This document shows, piece after piece, positions 1-10,082 of a stretch of 64,000 nucleotides of DNA (position 1 is the first letter of the stretch; each line of letters opens with the position of its first letter). The position numbers and the translations under genes are program-made. The DNA is from Verrucomicrobiota bacterium (GTDB taxonomy: Bacteria; Verrucomicrobiota; Verrucomicrobiia; Chthoniobacterales; UBA10450), in NCBI GenBank assembly GCA_041167045.1, contig JBEEGW010000001.1, positions 6,514 to 70,513 of the forward strand, given 5' to 3'. The notes under the pieces are model-generated. The model made no database searches, was not told where the DNA came from, and saw only the letters and a list, made by a program, of their open reading frames with translations.

Positions 1-798
1 GCCGCGGCCGAGTTCCTCGCCTACACGGCGATTGCGGCTGTGCTGACTAAAACATGTCGCGATCAAATCGCCGGCGCCGCTGAGCCCATAAAATGTTTGT
101 GGTTGACCGCCCATCGCCATGCCGAGGCGCAACAGCTCGGCGAGCGCGCGTGTTACGAGAGCTGCTTTCGAATTGTCGCCGAGACCGATGCCGTCGCCGA
201 CCCCAGCAGAGATTGCGAACACGTTCTTCAATGCTCCGCCAAGTTCAATCCCGGTAATTTCTTCGCTTGTGTAAATACGAAAGCGTGGTGCGCTAAGGAA
301 TTCTTGCAGTTGAATCGCGCACTCGGGATCGCGACAACCCAAGACGGTGGCCGTGGGAAGATCGCGCGAAACTTCGACGGCGAGATTGGGTCCGGAAAGA
401 ACGGCAATGCGTTGAGACGGAAATATTTCTTCGAGAATTTCGCTCATGCGCTTTCCCGTGCGGTGTTCGATTCCTTTCGTGCAACTGAGTAACACTGCGC
501 GTGAATGAGGGGCCGCGTCCCGAAATCGCATCGCGATTTCGCGCAACGCCGTGGAAGGAGTGACGAATACTACAAGGTCCGCGTCTGCGCACTCAGACAA
601 ATCGGCGGTGACGTTGACCGAGACGGGGACCTTGATTCCGGCCAGGTGTTCCGAATTTTCACGCTGCCTCTGCAACCGCGCGACGCGCTCCGGATTATTT
701 CCCCAAAGAATGATTTGGTTGCCTCGCTTCGACCACAAAACTGCTAATGCGGTGCCCCAACCTCCCGCACCGATGACGGCAGTCCGATTGATCTTCAC
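1..798 (-). CDS. gpsA: NAD(P)H-dependent glycerol-3-phosphate dehydrogenase GpsA. N-terminal ~266 aa; the C-terminus runs off the window start.
   Basis: Hand translation of the minus strand from GTG at 798 gives VKINRTAVIGAGGWGTALAVLWSKRGNQIILWGNNPERVARLQRQRENSEHLAGIKGPRPVNVTADLSECADADLVVFVTPSTALR, the classic GpsA Rossmann N-terminus. The start overlaps the plsY stop as GTGA. It is absent from the ORF track, presumably because there is no in-window stop. Confidence 0.75.
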   Translation of the reverse strand, partial: MKINRTAVIGAGGWGTALAVLWSKRGNQIILWGNNPERVARLQRQRENSEHLAGIKVPVSVNVTADLSECADADLVVFVTPSTALREIAMRFRDAAPHSRAVLLSCTKGIEHRTGKRMSEILEEIFPSQRIAVLSGPNLAVEVSRDLPTATVLGCRDPECAIQLQEFLSAPRFRIYTSEEITGIELGGALKNVFAISAGVGDGIGLGDNSKAALVTRALAELLRLGMAMGGQPQTFYGLSGAGDLIATCFSQHSRNRRVGEELGRG

Positions 799-1427
799 TT
801 GCGAGTGAAACGTGGTTCCGTTCCATTCATCAGGCGAGAAAAATTCGAGCGGTGTCGCCAGACAATGATCGCCGCGATCGCAATCGAAAAATAAAAGAGT
901 GCCGCGCCGTGCATGATGATGCCCGCCCAGGAAAAAATTGCGACCGTGACTGGCAACGTTGTCGCGGCCGCTACGGAGGCCACGGAAACATACCGTGTCG
1001 TTTCGAATGCGATCACCCAAACAATCAGACCAACAGCAGCAACGAGCGGCATCAACGCGATGACGACGCCGCTCGAGGTGGCGGCGCCCTTACCTCCTTT
1101 GAATCGTAACCAGATCGGAAAGGAATGGCCGACCACGCAAGAGATCGCTGCAATAATGGCGCAGATCTCAAGTGGTTCGCCTCGGTATCCCATTCTCTCA
1201 CCGACAAAAATCGCGGCCCGAACCGCAAGAATGCCTTTCAGTGCGTCGACGAGAAACACGGCGTAGCCAAATCGTTTTCCTAAAAGGCGTACCACATTTG
1301 TCGCCCCGATATTGCCGCTTCCCGCGGCCCTAACATCGACATGAGCAAATCGGCCGACGAGAAATCCCGTTGGAAACGATCCTAACAGATATCCCATCGT
1401 CGCGACTATAAATACGCTGGAAATCAT
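795..1427 (-). CDS. plsY: glycerol-3-phosphate acyltransferase PlsY
   Basis: 210-aa multi-TM protein with typical PlsY motifs (GSGNIGATNV, HSFPIWLRFKGGKG). The gpsA-plsY adjacency is conserved. Confidence 0.85.
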   Translation of the reverse strand: MISSVFIVATMGYLLGSFPTGFLVGRFAHVDVRAAGSGNIGATNVVRLLGKRFGYAVFLVDALKGILAVRAAIFVGERMGYRGEPLEICAIIAAISCVVGHSFPIWLRFKGGKGAATSSGVVIALMPLVAAVGLIVWVIAFETTRYVSVASVAAATTLPVTVAIFSWAGIIMHGAALFYFSIAIAAIIVWRHRSNFSRLMNGTEPRFTRK

Positions 1428-3274
1428 AAATGAGCATGGTTTGTGTTACGTAAATGATTCTTGCTAAGCCAGATAGATATAATAGACACATCGGCCGGCG
1501 TTATGCCGGCAATTCTACGAGCTTGACCGACTGAGGTGGGTTGGGCAGTTCGCAGTTTTTCGCGAGTCTCGTTTCGCAGACCGGGGATAGTCGAATAATC
1601 GAAATCAACCGGCAAGGCCTGCAAATCCTGTCGCGCACCGTGAGAGACTTGATGCTGTTGTCGCTTGATGTACCCCTCATACTTGATGTCGGATTCGACC
1701 AGCTCCCAGATTTCCGCAACGCCCAAACAGGAAGTTTGCTTGAGTAGATCGTGAGCGTGAAAGCTAGGTTTTCGTAGCAGGCTTTCCACTGACTCACCCT
1801 GGACTCTGGTTTCACGTGCTGCTTGACGGGCACGTTCTAGCGAACCCATTTTAGCTTCAAAACTTCGCCAACGCTGGGCACCGACGAGGCCAGCTTGGAA
1901 CCCAATCTTAGTGAGCCGTTGATCCGCGTTATCTTGACGTAGCGCGAGTCGTTGCTCGGCCCTACTCGTAAACATGCGATATGGTTCATCGGTACCTTTG
2001 TTGACGAGATCGTCGATCATGACCCCTATGTAAGAAATCTCCCTCGACAGAATCAACGGCGGTTGTCCTTTCGCTTGAAGGGCGGCGTTTGCACCGGCGA
2101 TCAATCCCTGGGCTGCGGCCTCTTCATAACCCGACGTGCCGTTGACCTGGCCGGCGAAAAAAAGGCCGCGCAAAACTTTTGTTTCCAAGGTGGGATGGAG
2201 TTGCGTCGGAGGAAAAAAATCATATTCCACCGCGTAGCCAGGGCGCATAATTTCTGCTGTTTCTAACCCAGGGATGGAGCGAAGGAACTCGAGCTGCACA
2301 TCGTACGGCAGGCTGGTAGAAGTTCCGTTGACATAAAACTCGTCGGTTTGTAAGCCCTCAGGTTCTAGAAAAAGTTGGTGCGCGGACTTGGCGTTAAACC
2401 TAACGACCTTGTCTTCGATGGATGGACAATAGCGGGGTCCGGTTCCCTTGATGCGACCCGCGTAAAGGGGAGACCGGTGCAAATTGCGTCGGATTATTTC
2501 ATGAGTTTTCTCGGTCGTGTGCGTAATCCAGCAGGGAATTTGTTCCATGTGGAACTTGGAGCTTTCCTTGCTCGAGCCCCCGTTCATAAAGCTGAACTTG
2601 CGCGGAGGATCGTCCCCTTTCTGCACCTCGCACTTGGAAAAATCGATCGAATGCCGATTTATCCGGCAAGGTGTCCCTGTTTTGAAACGAGCCGAAACCA
2701 GCTTTAGCTGCCGAAGGTCATCGCTCAAATTGGATGCCGAATCGGCCATTCTACCCCCAGCCTTGGAAGTTTCCCCCACGTGGAGAAGCCCCCGCAGAAA
2801 TGTGCCTGCGGTCACAACAACCGTTTTTCCCCGGAATGCCACGCCGATGTCCGTTTCTACCCCTGCTACTTCCTCAGAACTCCTTAAGATACGCAGAACA
2901 GTCGCTTGCTTAACGTCTAGGCCGCTCGTCCTTTCGAGTAACGCCTTCACCCAGAATTGATACGCCTTCTTGTCGCATTGCACTCTCAGGGCCTGAACGC
3001 TTGGCCCCTTTCGCCGATTCAACACCCGAAACTGGATTCCAGTGGTGTCCGCCGCAATACCCATTATGCCATCCAACGCGTCGATTTCCGAAACGAGATG
3101 ACTCTTGCCGAGGCCACCAACCGCGGGATTGCACGACATTTGCGCGATCGTATCGAGATTTTGGGTCAGCATTAGAGTCGCACACCCGGCCCGTGTAGCC
3201 GCCAATGCTGCTTCCACGCCAGCATGGCCGCTCCCAACGACAATTACGTCGTATTCTTTTTGCACCGTGAACAT
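1424..3274 (-). CDS. mnmG: tRNA uridine-5-carboxymethylaminomethyl modification enzyme MnmG (GidA)
   Basis: 616 aa. N-terminal FAD-binding YDVIVVGSGHAGVEAALAATRAG and the full-length GidA architecture. Confidence 0.95.
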   Translation of the reverse strand: MFTVQKEYDVIVVGSGHAGVEAALAATRAGCATLMLTQNLDTIAQMSCNPAVGGLGKSHLVSEIDALDGIMGIAADTTGIQFRVLNRRKGPSVQALRVQCDKKAYQFWVKALLERTSGLDVKQATVLRILRSSEEVAGVETDIGVAFRGKTVVVTAGTFLRGLLHVGETSKAGGRMADSASNLSDDLRQLKLVSARFKTGTPCRINRHSIDFSKCEVQKGDDPPRKFSFMNGGSSKESSKFHMEQIPCWITHTTEKTHEIIRRNLHRSPLYAGRIKGTGPRYCPSIEDKVVRFNAKSAHQLFLEPEGLQTDEFYVNGTSTSLPYDVQLEFLRSIPGLETAEIMRPGYAVEYDFFPPTQLHPTLETKVLRGLFFAGQVNGTSGYEEAAAQGLIAGANAALQAKGQPPLILSREISYIGVMIDDLVNKGTDEPYRMFTSRAEQRLALRQDNADQRLTKIGFQAGLVGAQRWRSFEAKMGSLERARQAARETRVQGESVESLLRKPSFHAHDLLKQTSCLGVAEIWELVESDIKYEGYIKRQQHQVSHGARQDLQALPVDFDYSTIPGLRNETREKLRTAQPTSVGQARRIAGITPADVSIISIWLSKNHLRNTNHAHL

Positions 3275-3277
3275 CGC

Positions 3278-3664
3278 TTACAAGATTCCTTGTTTCGGCT
3301 TCGGCAACAGTTCGTCGAGGCGAAACTCGGCCGCAACACCCGAGAGCGTTGTGCTCACGATTTTCAGTGATGGACTGAACTCCGCCAGGACTTGACGACA
3401 TGCCCCACATGGGACGACCGGAATCTCCGAATCGGCGACGATCGCAATCATTTCGAAATCTTTTTCCCCCGCTGCGACCGCTGAACCGACGCATACTCTC
3501 TCGGCGCAAATTGTCAGGCCGAGCGAGATATTCTCGATATTTGCCCCGGCATAGATCTGTCCAGAAGGGGTTCGAAGCGCAGCACCCACCTGGAATTTCG
3601 AATATGGGGCATATGCTTTTTCGCGAACGTCCGAGGCAATCCTAATAAGCTTGTCGATTTCCAT
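3278..3664 (-). CDS. cdd: cytidine deaminase
   Basis: 128 aa with zinc-binding motifs CAERVCV and PCGACRQVL. Confidence 0.85.
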   Translation of the reverse strand: MEIDKLIRIASDVREKAYAPYSKFQVGAALRTPSGQIYAGANIENISLGLTICAERVCVGSAVAAGEKDFEMIAIVADSEIPVVPCGACRQVLAEFSPSLKIVSTTLSGVAAEFRLDELLPKPKQGIL

Positions 3665-3685
3665 AATCTGTTTATTCCCAGTGAA

Positions 3686-4438
3686 TTACGTCGCAACTTG
3701 GTGCTTGTTTGCCGCGTGAGCTCGTGCCGGAGCCGGAGCATCTTCAGCTTCGCTGATAACTCGCGCGGCGATTTGCCCTAGCAAAATCACCACAACGATC
3801 GCCGTCACCAACCCACCGCCCCACCAGACATATTCTATCATCCGCGGGTGGGATCGCCCACGTAGCAACTTGATACCGAGTTGGCCCAAGGTTCCTAAAT
3901 ACGTGTACAGGAACAAGCCCGGAGCTTGCCCGATCGCAACCCAAAGCATGCACGTTCTGAATCGAATTTGCGTCAATCCATAAAGATAATTCAAAAGACT
4001 TGTCGGAAAAAGCGGATGAAGTTGGCTCAGCAAAATCAGCTTCCAGCCTTCGCGATCCACGGCCGGAGCGAAAGCCGCCATCGCCGGATTGCGAAAAAGT
4101 TTTCCCGCTAACCAGTGCTGGCCAATCCAACGACTGATAAAAAAAGAAATGGCAGCGCCAGTCACGTTACCGACAAGAACAATTAAGAATCCCCACCATA
4201 AACCAAAGAAAAAACCGCCCCCTAAGCTCAGAACTCCACCAGGAAGAAGCAGCACATTGCAGAACGCGTAAAGGATCGGATAACAAATCGCGCTCCATAC
4301 ACCCCATTGCATGACGCGTTGCTGCGCCGCACCCAGAAACTCCGCTACCGGAAAAAAGCGCGATAAAAACCAAAAGCAGATCGCGCCAACAATCAGCCCA
4401 CCGATCTGAATAAACAACGCGCGCCGGATCTCGAACAT
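3686..4438 (-). CDS. DedA / TVP38-TMEM64 family membrane protein
   Basis: 250 aa polytopic membrane protein. The pattern resembles the SNARE-associated Golgi / DedA family. Confidence 0.5.
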   Translation of the reverse strand: MFEIRRALFIQIGGLIVGAICFWFLSRFFPVAEFLGAAQQRVMQWGVWSAICYPILYAFCNVLLLPGGVLSLGGGFFFGLWWGFLIVLVGNVTGAAISFFISRWIGQHWLAGKLFRNPAMAAFAPAVDREGWKLILLSQLHPLFPTSLLNYLYGLTQIRFRTCMLWVAIGQAPGLFLYTYLGTLGQLGIKLLRGRSHPRMIEYVWWGGGLVTAIVVVILLGQIAARVISEAEDAPAPARAHAANKHQVAT

Positions 4439-4456
4439 CCGTGGACATTCGTTACT

Positions 4457-6280
4457 TCAAACACTTCGCGCAAATTCCGCCAGCTCACTCGTTGTCTCGT
4501 ACCGCAGGAAGGGTGTGATGAGATAGACGCCCGGAAAATGGGCGAGCGCTTCTCGCGTAATTTCCTGCGCGAGTTTCATCCCGTACTCGCAAGCCTCCGC
4601 TGATCCCAGCGCCGACAATGCGGCACGCACTTTCTCCGGCACGATGATGCCGGGCACTTCGTTGTGCAAAAATTCTGCCTGCCGCCCACTTAGCAGCGGC
4701 CACACTCCCGTGAAAATCGGCACGCCCAGGTGCTCGGTGCGCCGATGCATTTGCTCGACAAGATCGACATCAAAAACCGGCTGTGTCATGACAAACCGCG
4801 CGCCCGCCGCCACTTTGCGCTCGAGCCGTTCAACCTGCGCGTCGAGATTTTTCGAGTTTGGATTAAACGTGCACCCGATCACAAAATCCGTCGCTGTGCG
4901 GATTGATTTCCCGGAATTGCTGAAGCCTTCGTTCATGCGCTTAATGATGGCGATCAGCTCAATCGAGTTGACGTCGTAAACCGAAGCCGCGCCCGGCTGA
5001 TCGCCCACGCGCGCCGGATCGCCGGTCAAAGGCAACACATGTCGCATGCCCAGTGCGGCCATTCCGAGCAGCTCACTTTGCAGGCCGAGCAAGTTGCGAT
5101 CGCGACAACTCAAATGGAGCAGCGGCGTAATTCCAAATCGTTCTTTTAACATCGCGCCGACCGCGAGATTGCTCACCCGCAAAATGGCCAGCGAATTGTC
5201 AGCCAGGGTGATTGCATCGCAACCTGCTTTCACGAGGCTTTGTGCGCCGGCGAAGAATTTTTCCAAAACCAATGTCTTCGGCGGATCCAGCTCGCAAATG
5301 ACTACGCGTTTTCCATTGTCGATCTTGTCGAGCAGGCTTTCTTCCGTTGCCCTTTGTTTTGGCGCCGGAATCGCACGCGGCGGTTCGGCAGTCACGCGTA
5401 CCGATTTTGTTTTTATCGGTTCAAGATCAGCGATCGCCCCCGCAATCGCGGCGATATGTTTCGGATTCGTTCCGCAACAGCCGCCGATCAGGCGCGCGCC
5501 TTCCGCTACCATCTCGCGCGCCGATTTTGCAAAATAATCCGGCGCGGTGTGATAAATAAACCGGCCCTCATGATATTTCGGGTAACCTGCGTTCGCATAC
5601 GCCGCGATCAGATATTTTGCCGGCACATGTTCCAGTAATTGCACCGTGCCGTGCGGACCGTTCATGCAATTCACTCCCAGGATTTTTGCATCGCGCTCGT
5701 GCAATCGCGCAAATGCGTCGACCAACAATTCGCCGCTTGCTAAGCGGCCTTCCGGCGCGCAAGCGAACGAGCAAATCGCGAGAGGATCTCCCAGCTCGCG
5801 CGCGGCTTGAAAGGCGAGCGCCAGTTCTTCGAAATCCATGAACGTTTCGAAAAAGACAAGATCGACATCTTCCTCCAGCAGCGCTGCAATTTGTTCCCGA
5901 AAACATTCCGCCCGATCAATGCCGCGAGCTTTCGCTTCGTCGGCCGTGATGCCAAGCGGTCCCACGCTGCCTGCCACGTAAACATTTTTATTCTTTGCCG
6001 CTCCTCGCGCTACGCGAACCGCCGCTCGGTTAATTTCGCTCACCCGGCTTTCCAATCCGAATCGCTCCAGTCGAACAGCGTTCGCACCGAACGTGTTTGT
6101 TTCGATCACGCGCGCGCCGGCCGCGATATATTCCTGGTGGATCGTCCGGATGCGATCCGGCTCGCTCACACAAAGCTCTTCAAAGCTCCGTTCCAGAGGA
6201 ACGCCCGCTTCGAGCAGCAGCGTGCCAATCGCGCCGTCGCCACAGAGCAAGCGGCTTTGCAATTCATCTACCAGATCCAT
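4457..6280 (-). CDS. bifunctional homocysteine S-methyltransferase domain / 5,10-methylenetetrahydrofolate reductase
   Basis: 607 aa. N-terminal Hcy-binding domain (GGCCGTNPKHI zinc motif) fused to a MetF-like MTHFR domain. Confidence 0.8.
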   Translation of the reverse strand: MDLVDELQSRLLCGDGAIGTLLLEAGVPLERSFEELCVSEPDRIRTIHQEYIAAGARVIETNTFGANAVRLERFGLESRVSEINRAAVRVARGAAKNKNVYVAGSVGPLGITADEAKARGIDRAECFREQIAALLEEDVDLVFFETFMDFEELALAFQAARELGDPLAICSFACAPEGRLASGELLVDAFARLHERDAKILGVNCMNGPHGTVQLLEHVPAKYLIAAYANAGYPKYHEGRFIYHTAPDYFAKSAREMVAEGARLIGGCCGTNPKHIAAIAGAIADLEPIKTKSVRVTAEPPRAIPAPKQRATEESLLDKIDNGKRVVICELDPPKTLVLEKFFAGAQSLVKAGCDAITLADNSLAILRVSNLAVGAMLKERFGITPLLHLSCRDRNLLGLQSELLGMAALGMRHVLPLTGDPARVGDQPGAASVYDVNSIELIAIIKRMNEGFSNSGKSIRTATDFVIGCTFNPNSKNLDAQVERLERKVAAGARFVMTQPVFDVDLVEQMHRRTEHLGVPIFTGVWPLLSGRQAEFLHNEVPGIIVPEKVRAALSALGSAEACEYGMKLAQEITREALAHFPGVYLITPFLRYETTSELAEFARSV

Positions 6281-6297
6281 CGAGATGCGATGATCCG

Positions 6298-7125
6298 CTA
6301 ATTTGGCAAGATCGCAAAAACGCGCGCCGGAAATCCAGAACCACCCTTTGGCTTTGGGAAGGTCACAACCACGAGCGCGCCGGCCTCCGGAATTTGATCG
6401 AGATTGGTGAGCAGCTCAATTTGGTAGTGGTTCGTGCTCAAGATGTAAGTCTCCAGCGAATAATCATCTTTCGTCGTCGCGATTCCCGGATCCGTGTCTG
6501 TCGTCTCGTGGCCAGACGCTGTGATCTTCCTTTCTTCATAAAGATATTTTAGCGCTGGCAAACTCCAGCCTGGATAATGCGCTACGCCTTTCGCGTCTTT
6601 GTTCTCCATTTTGGCCGCGTCCGGCCAGCGCTTCGACCAATCGGTCCGCATCGCCACAAATGCGCCGGCTGGTATGGGTCCATGTTCAGCTTCCCATTTC
6701 TTCAAGCGCTCGATTGACAGCGTGTAGTCCGGATTTTTCGCGGCTTCGTCGTGTACATCGACAACCGCCAGCGGCAGGATCATTTCTTTGACATCAATTT
6801 GGTCGACGGTCCGCAAACCTTTAACAAAATGCGCGGGCGGATCGACATGTGTTCCCCATTGCCCGACATGCGTAAAGGTTTCCGCAAAAAAGCCGCTGCC
6901 CATTTTGCCGCGGCCTTTTTCGTACCAATAAATCGTCTCGCGTTTTTCGTTTGGGAATCCTGGCCAATGCGGAATGCCAGCTTCAAACGAATGCGTTAAA
7001 TCCACCCAATTTTTGCTGGCGAGGATTTGTTGGATCTGCGTCAGCGTCGGCTCATCAGAAAAAGCGCAGTTTGCTAGACTCGCGCTACAAACCGCGGCCA
7101 AAACGAACAACGAAACTGTACGCAC
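6298..7125 (-). CDS. cyclase family protein (kynurenine formamidase-like), secreted
   Basis: Signal peptide plus the HVGQWGTHVDPPAHF motif (H.GTH.D.P.H) of the pfam04199 cyclase family. Confidence 0.65.
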   Translation of the reverse strand: MRTVSLFVLAAVCSASLANCAFSDEPTLTQIQQILASKNWVDLTHSFEAGIPHWPGFPNEKRETIYWYEKGRGKMGSGFFAETFTHVGQWGTHVDPPAHFVKGLRTVDQIDVKEMILPLAVVDVHDEAAKNPDYTLSIERLKKWEAEHGPIPAGAFVAMRTDWSKRWPDAAKMENKDAKGVAHYPGWSLPALKYLYEERKITASGHETTDTDPGIATTKDDYSLETYILSTNHYQIELLTNLDQIPEAGALVVVTFPKPKGGSGFPARVFAILPN

Positions 7126-7416
7126 GATTCGTTGTTAGATCATCCATCAACAAGAAGCCAACAAGTTCGAATAACGGCTAACAGTTTCCGTCTGCCTTAC
7201 GCTCCCGTCATCAATGATTGCTACGATTCTTCCTTATCACCAAAGCCTAAGCACTTCTTTTGCCCAGCCATGTTCTCTCGATTCGCGAGTTGTTCGCATC
7301 ATTATGATGAAGATTAGTTTAAATTTATATACTCTTCTTAAGAGAGGATTGTGAAAAACCCGCTCGCGGAACGTCCCGATCTCGGCCAAATTGGGCGCAA
7401 TTTCGACTCGTGAAAA

Positions 7417-8145
7417 ATGGAACAACTGGCAAAAATAGAAGCTGAACCTTTGCGAGAAAGCGTGATCGTTTCATTGGCCGAAACCGCAACCGGCCGAGAG
7501 CACAACGAAAGTCTATTCGATCATTTCGCGTGGTTTTACATTTTCTGCCGTGAAAAACTTTTTCGTGATGACACGAAGCGGATGATCGCTGCCCTCTGGC
7601 CGGGTCGATCGACAGTGACGGGCGAGCAAATCATCGAGTTAGGTTGTGGCCCGGGATTCTATTCGTGCCGCCTTGCTTCGCGCCTTCCACAAACTTTAGT
7701 CTTGGGAGTCGATCAGTCTGACCGACAACTCGAGTATGCGAAAGAAAAAGCGCGCTCCCTGAATCTGGGAAATTGCGACTTTGCCAGCGATAACGTGCTC
7801 GATCTTTCACATGAAGCCGACAGCTTCGATGTCTTGATTGCTTCCCGTCTTTTCACCGTGCTTGCCGAGCAAAGACGCGCCGTCAGTGAAATGTACCGCG
7901 TTCTTCGCAGTGGCGGGCGCTGTTTCATAGCCGAACCGCGTTACGCTTTTTGGGCGTCGATTCCACTTTTTGCCCTCTGGTTGCTCGCCAAAATTACGCG
8001 GTTTAGAAACGGTTATCGCGAGCCAACCCGTGCCACCGTCCTAGCCGCAGAAGAGTTTTATGATCTTTTCAAGACCCAGCCTTGGAAACATGTGAAAACC
8101 TGGCGTGAAGGGCGTTATCAATACGCCCTTTGTGAAAAGGGCTGA
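7417..8145 (+). CDS. class I SAM-dependent methyltransferase
   Basis: Motif I ELGCGPGF and post-I LGVDQS. 242 aa. Confidence 0.75.
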   Translation: MEQLAKIEAEPLRESVIVSLAETATGREHNESLFDHFAWFYIFCREKLFRDDTKRMIAALWPGRSTVTGEQIIELGCGPGFYSCRLASRLPQTLVLGVDQSDRQLEYAKEKARSLNLGNCDFASDNVLDLSHEADSFDVLIASRLFTVLAEQRRAVSEMYRVLRSGGRCFIAEPRYAFWASIPLFALWLLAKITRFRNGYREPTRATVLAAEEFYDLFKTQPWKHVKTWREGRYQYALCEKG

Positions 8146-8181
8146 GCGCGTCGCTCTCGCACAAACGGAGAGCACGGCGAA

Positions 8182-8952
8182 ATGAACGCGCGCGTTCTCG
8201 ATCCAGCGAAAGATTCGAAACAATTCCCGCCCGGACTTTGCGCACTCGGCATTATGACAAAAGCGCCGCGCGCCGGAAAAGTGAAGACGCGTTTGACACC
8301 GCCACTTACGCCGCAGGAGGCCGCGGACTTAAACGTTTGTTTTTTGCGCGACATCGCTTCCGCGATTATGGCCGCGACGCGAAACAGCGCTGCCCGCGGA
8401 ATCGGAATTTATACTCCGCCCGGAAAAGAAAAATCTTTCGATGAAATTTTGCCGGATGAATTTCGACTGGTGGTGCAGCGCGGCGAAGGTTTCGGCGATC
8501 GACTAATTTTCGCGGCGGAAGACTTGTTAACTGTCGGCTTCCAATCAGTTTGCCTGATTAATTCGGATAGCCCGACCGTACCCTCAGAAACCTTTGCCGA
8601 AGCGGCAACCGAGTTGGCAAAACCTGGCGAAGGAATCGTGCTCGGTCCCTCAGATGACGGCGGCTATTTTTTGATCGGCCTCAAGAAATTAGATCGACAT
8701 CTTTTCGCGGACATCGATTGGAGCACGGAAAAAGTTTTTGCGCAGACGAAACAGCGCGCGGCTGAAATCGGCGTGCCGGTCCACGAACTGCCGCGCGGCT
8801 TCGACGTCGATGATCGCGCCACATTGCACCGTCTTTGCGACGAACTCCTGGGCCCGGAAACAAGATCGACAATCGACCTCGCGCCGCACACGCGAAAATT
8901 TTTGCGCGAAATTGTCGCGCGCGAAGGCCGCGCTAGAATTTGGCCGGCATGA
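8182..8952 (+). CDS. DUF2064 (TIGR04282-type) nucleotidyltransferase-fold protein
   Basis: N-terminal GIMTKAPRAGKVKTRL signature of the DUF2064 family. This family usually pairs with a GT2. Confidence 0.55.
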   Translation: MNARVLDPAKDSKQFPPGLCALGIMTKAPRAGKVKTRLTPPLTPQEAADLNVCFLRDIASAIMAATRNSAARGIGIYTPPGKEKSFDEILPDEFRLVVQRGEGFGDRLIFAAEDLLTVGFQSVCLINSDSPTVPSETFAEAATELAKPGEGIVLGPSDDGGYFLIGLKKLDRHLFADIDWSTEKVFAQTKQRAAEIGVPVHELPRGFDVDDRATLHRLCDELLGPETRSTIDLAPHTRKFLREIVAREGRARIWPA

Positions 8953-10082
8953 GCAAGAACGGAAAACGCGCACTCGTTACCGGCGGCGCCGGGTTGATCG
9001 GTTCGCACGTTGTCGATCTTCTCGTGCGCGAAGGTTGGCAAGTACGCGTGCTAGATAATCTAGAGCCGAACACGCATAAGTGCGGCAAACCTTCCTGGAT
9101 CAACCCCGCCGCGGAATTTGTCGAAGGCGACATGCGCGATCCAGAAACCGTCGCCGCCGCCCTCGACAAGATCGACATAGTTTTTCACCAGGCCGCCTAT
9201 GGCGGCTACATGCCCGAGATCGCGAAATACGTTCACGTCAATTCGCTCGGCACCGCGCAAATGCTCGAGATCATTCGCGAAAAAAACTTGCCGATCCAAA
9301 AAATCATCGTCGCCAGCTCGCAGGCAGTTTACAGCGAAGGCGCCGGCGAATGTCCGAAGCACAGGCTTGTTTTTCCGCCGGTGCGCCCCGTCGAACAATT
9401 GCAGCGGGGCGATTGGTCGGTGCGTTGTCCGCTCTGCGACGCGATTACGAAAAGCGTTCCGACTCTGGAAAACGCGCCCGTCGGCGGCGAAACAGTTTAC
9501 GGTCTGACGAAAGTCGATCAGGAAAAGCTCGTGCTGCTGTGGGGAAAACAAACCGGCATTCCCACGGTCGCGTTGCGCTACTCATGCACGTACGGGCCGC
9601 GCCAATCGATTTTCAATCCGTACACCGGCGTGATCGCGATTTTTTGCACGCGCCTGCTCAACAATTTGCCGCCCGTGCTTTACGAAGATGGCGACCAAAC
9701 GCGCGATTTTTCGTTCGTCGAAGATATCGCGCGCGCCAACTTGCTCGCGGCCGAAACAGACACGCTCGACGGCTTGGCGGTCAACGTCGGCAGTGGCCGC
9801 GGCGTTTCCATTCGCGAAATCGCCCAGCAAATTTCCGCCGCGCTCAAGATCGACATAAAACCGGAAGCGAAAGGCGAATTTCGTCCCGGCGAGATGCGTC
9901 ATCTCACCAGCGACACCACACGCATTCGCGCCGCCGGTTACAAACCGAATGTCGATCTTGCCGAAGGAATTTCGCGCTATCTCGATTGGATCCGAGCGCA
10001 ATCTGATGTGCGCGATTATTTCAGCGAAGCGGAAAACATTTTGCGCAGCAAAGGCATCGTTCATCGCGTCGCGAAAAGGTGA
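8949..10082 (+). CDS. NAD-dependent epimerase/dehydratase (SDR family)
   Basis: ALVTGGAGLIGSH Rossmann motif and catalytic YxxxK region. The ATG at 8949 overlaps the upstream stop as ATGA (translational coupling). Confidence 0.85.
   Translation: MSKNGKRALVTGGAGLIGSHVVDLLVREGWQVRVLDNLEPNTHKCGKPSWINPAAEFVEGDMRDPETVAAALDKIDIVFHQAAYGGYMPEIAKYVHVNSLGTAQMLEIIREKNLPIQKIIVASSQAVYSEGAGECPKHRLVFPPVRPVEQLQRGDWSVRCPLCDAITKSVPTLENAPVGGETVYGLTKVDQEKLVLLWGKQTGIPTVALRYSCTYGPRQSIFNPYTGVIAIFCTRLLNNLPPVLYEDGDQTRDFSFVEDIARANLLAAETDTLDGLAVNVGSGRGVSIREIAQQISAALKIDIKPEAKGEFRPGEMRHLTSDTTRIRAAGYKPNVDLAEGISRYLDWIRAQSDVRDYFSEAENILRSKGIVHRVAKR

Noticed and set aside
40-492. Plus-strand 150-aa ORF at the window start.
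   Set aside because: It has no recognisable features. The minus strand here translates cleanly as GpsA, which is the real gene.
9080-10006. Long Arg/Ala-rich ORFs on the opposite strand or in alternative frames of confirmed genes. Examples are 9080..10006, 10356..10958, 10657..11619, 20089..20844, 20841..21752, 31449..32405, 35987..37411, 41653..42648 and 50530..51735.
   Set aside because: These are typical shadow ORFs of high-GC DNA. They have extreme Arg/Ala composition and no domain signatures, and they overlap strongly supported genes on the other strand or frame.
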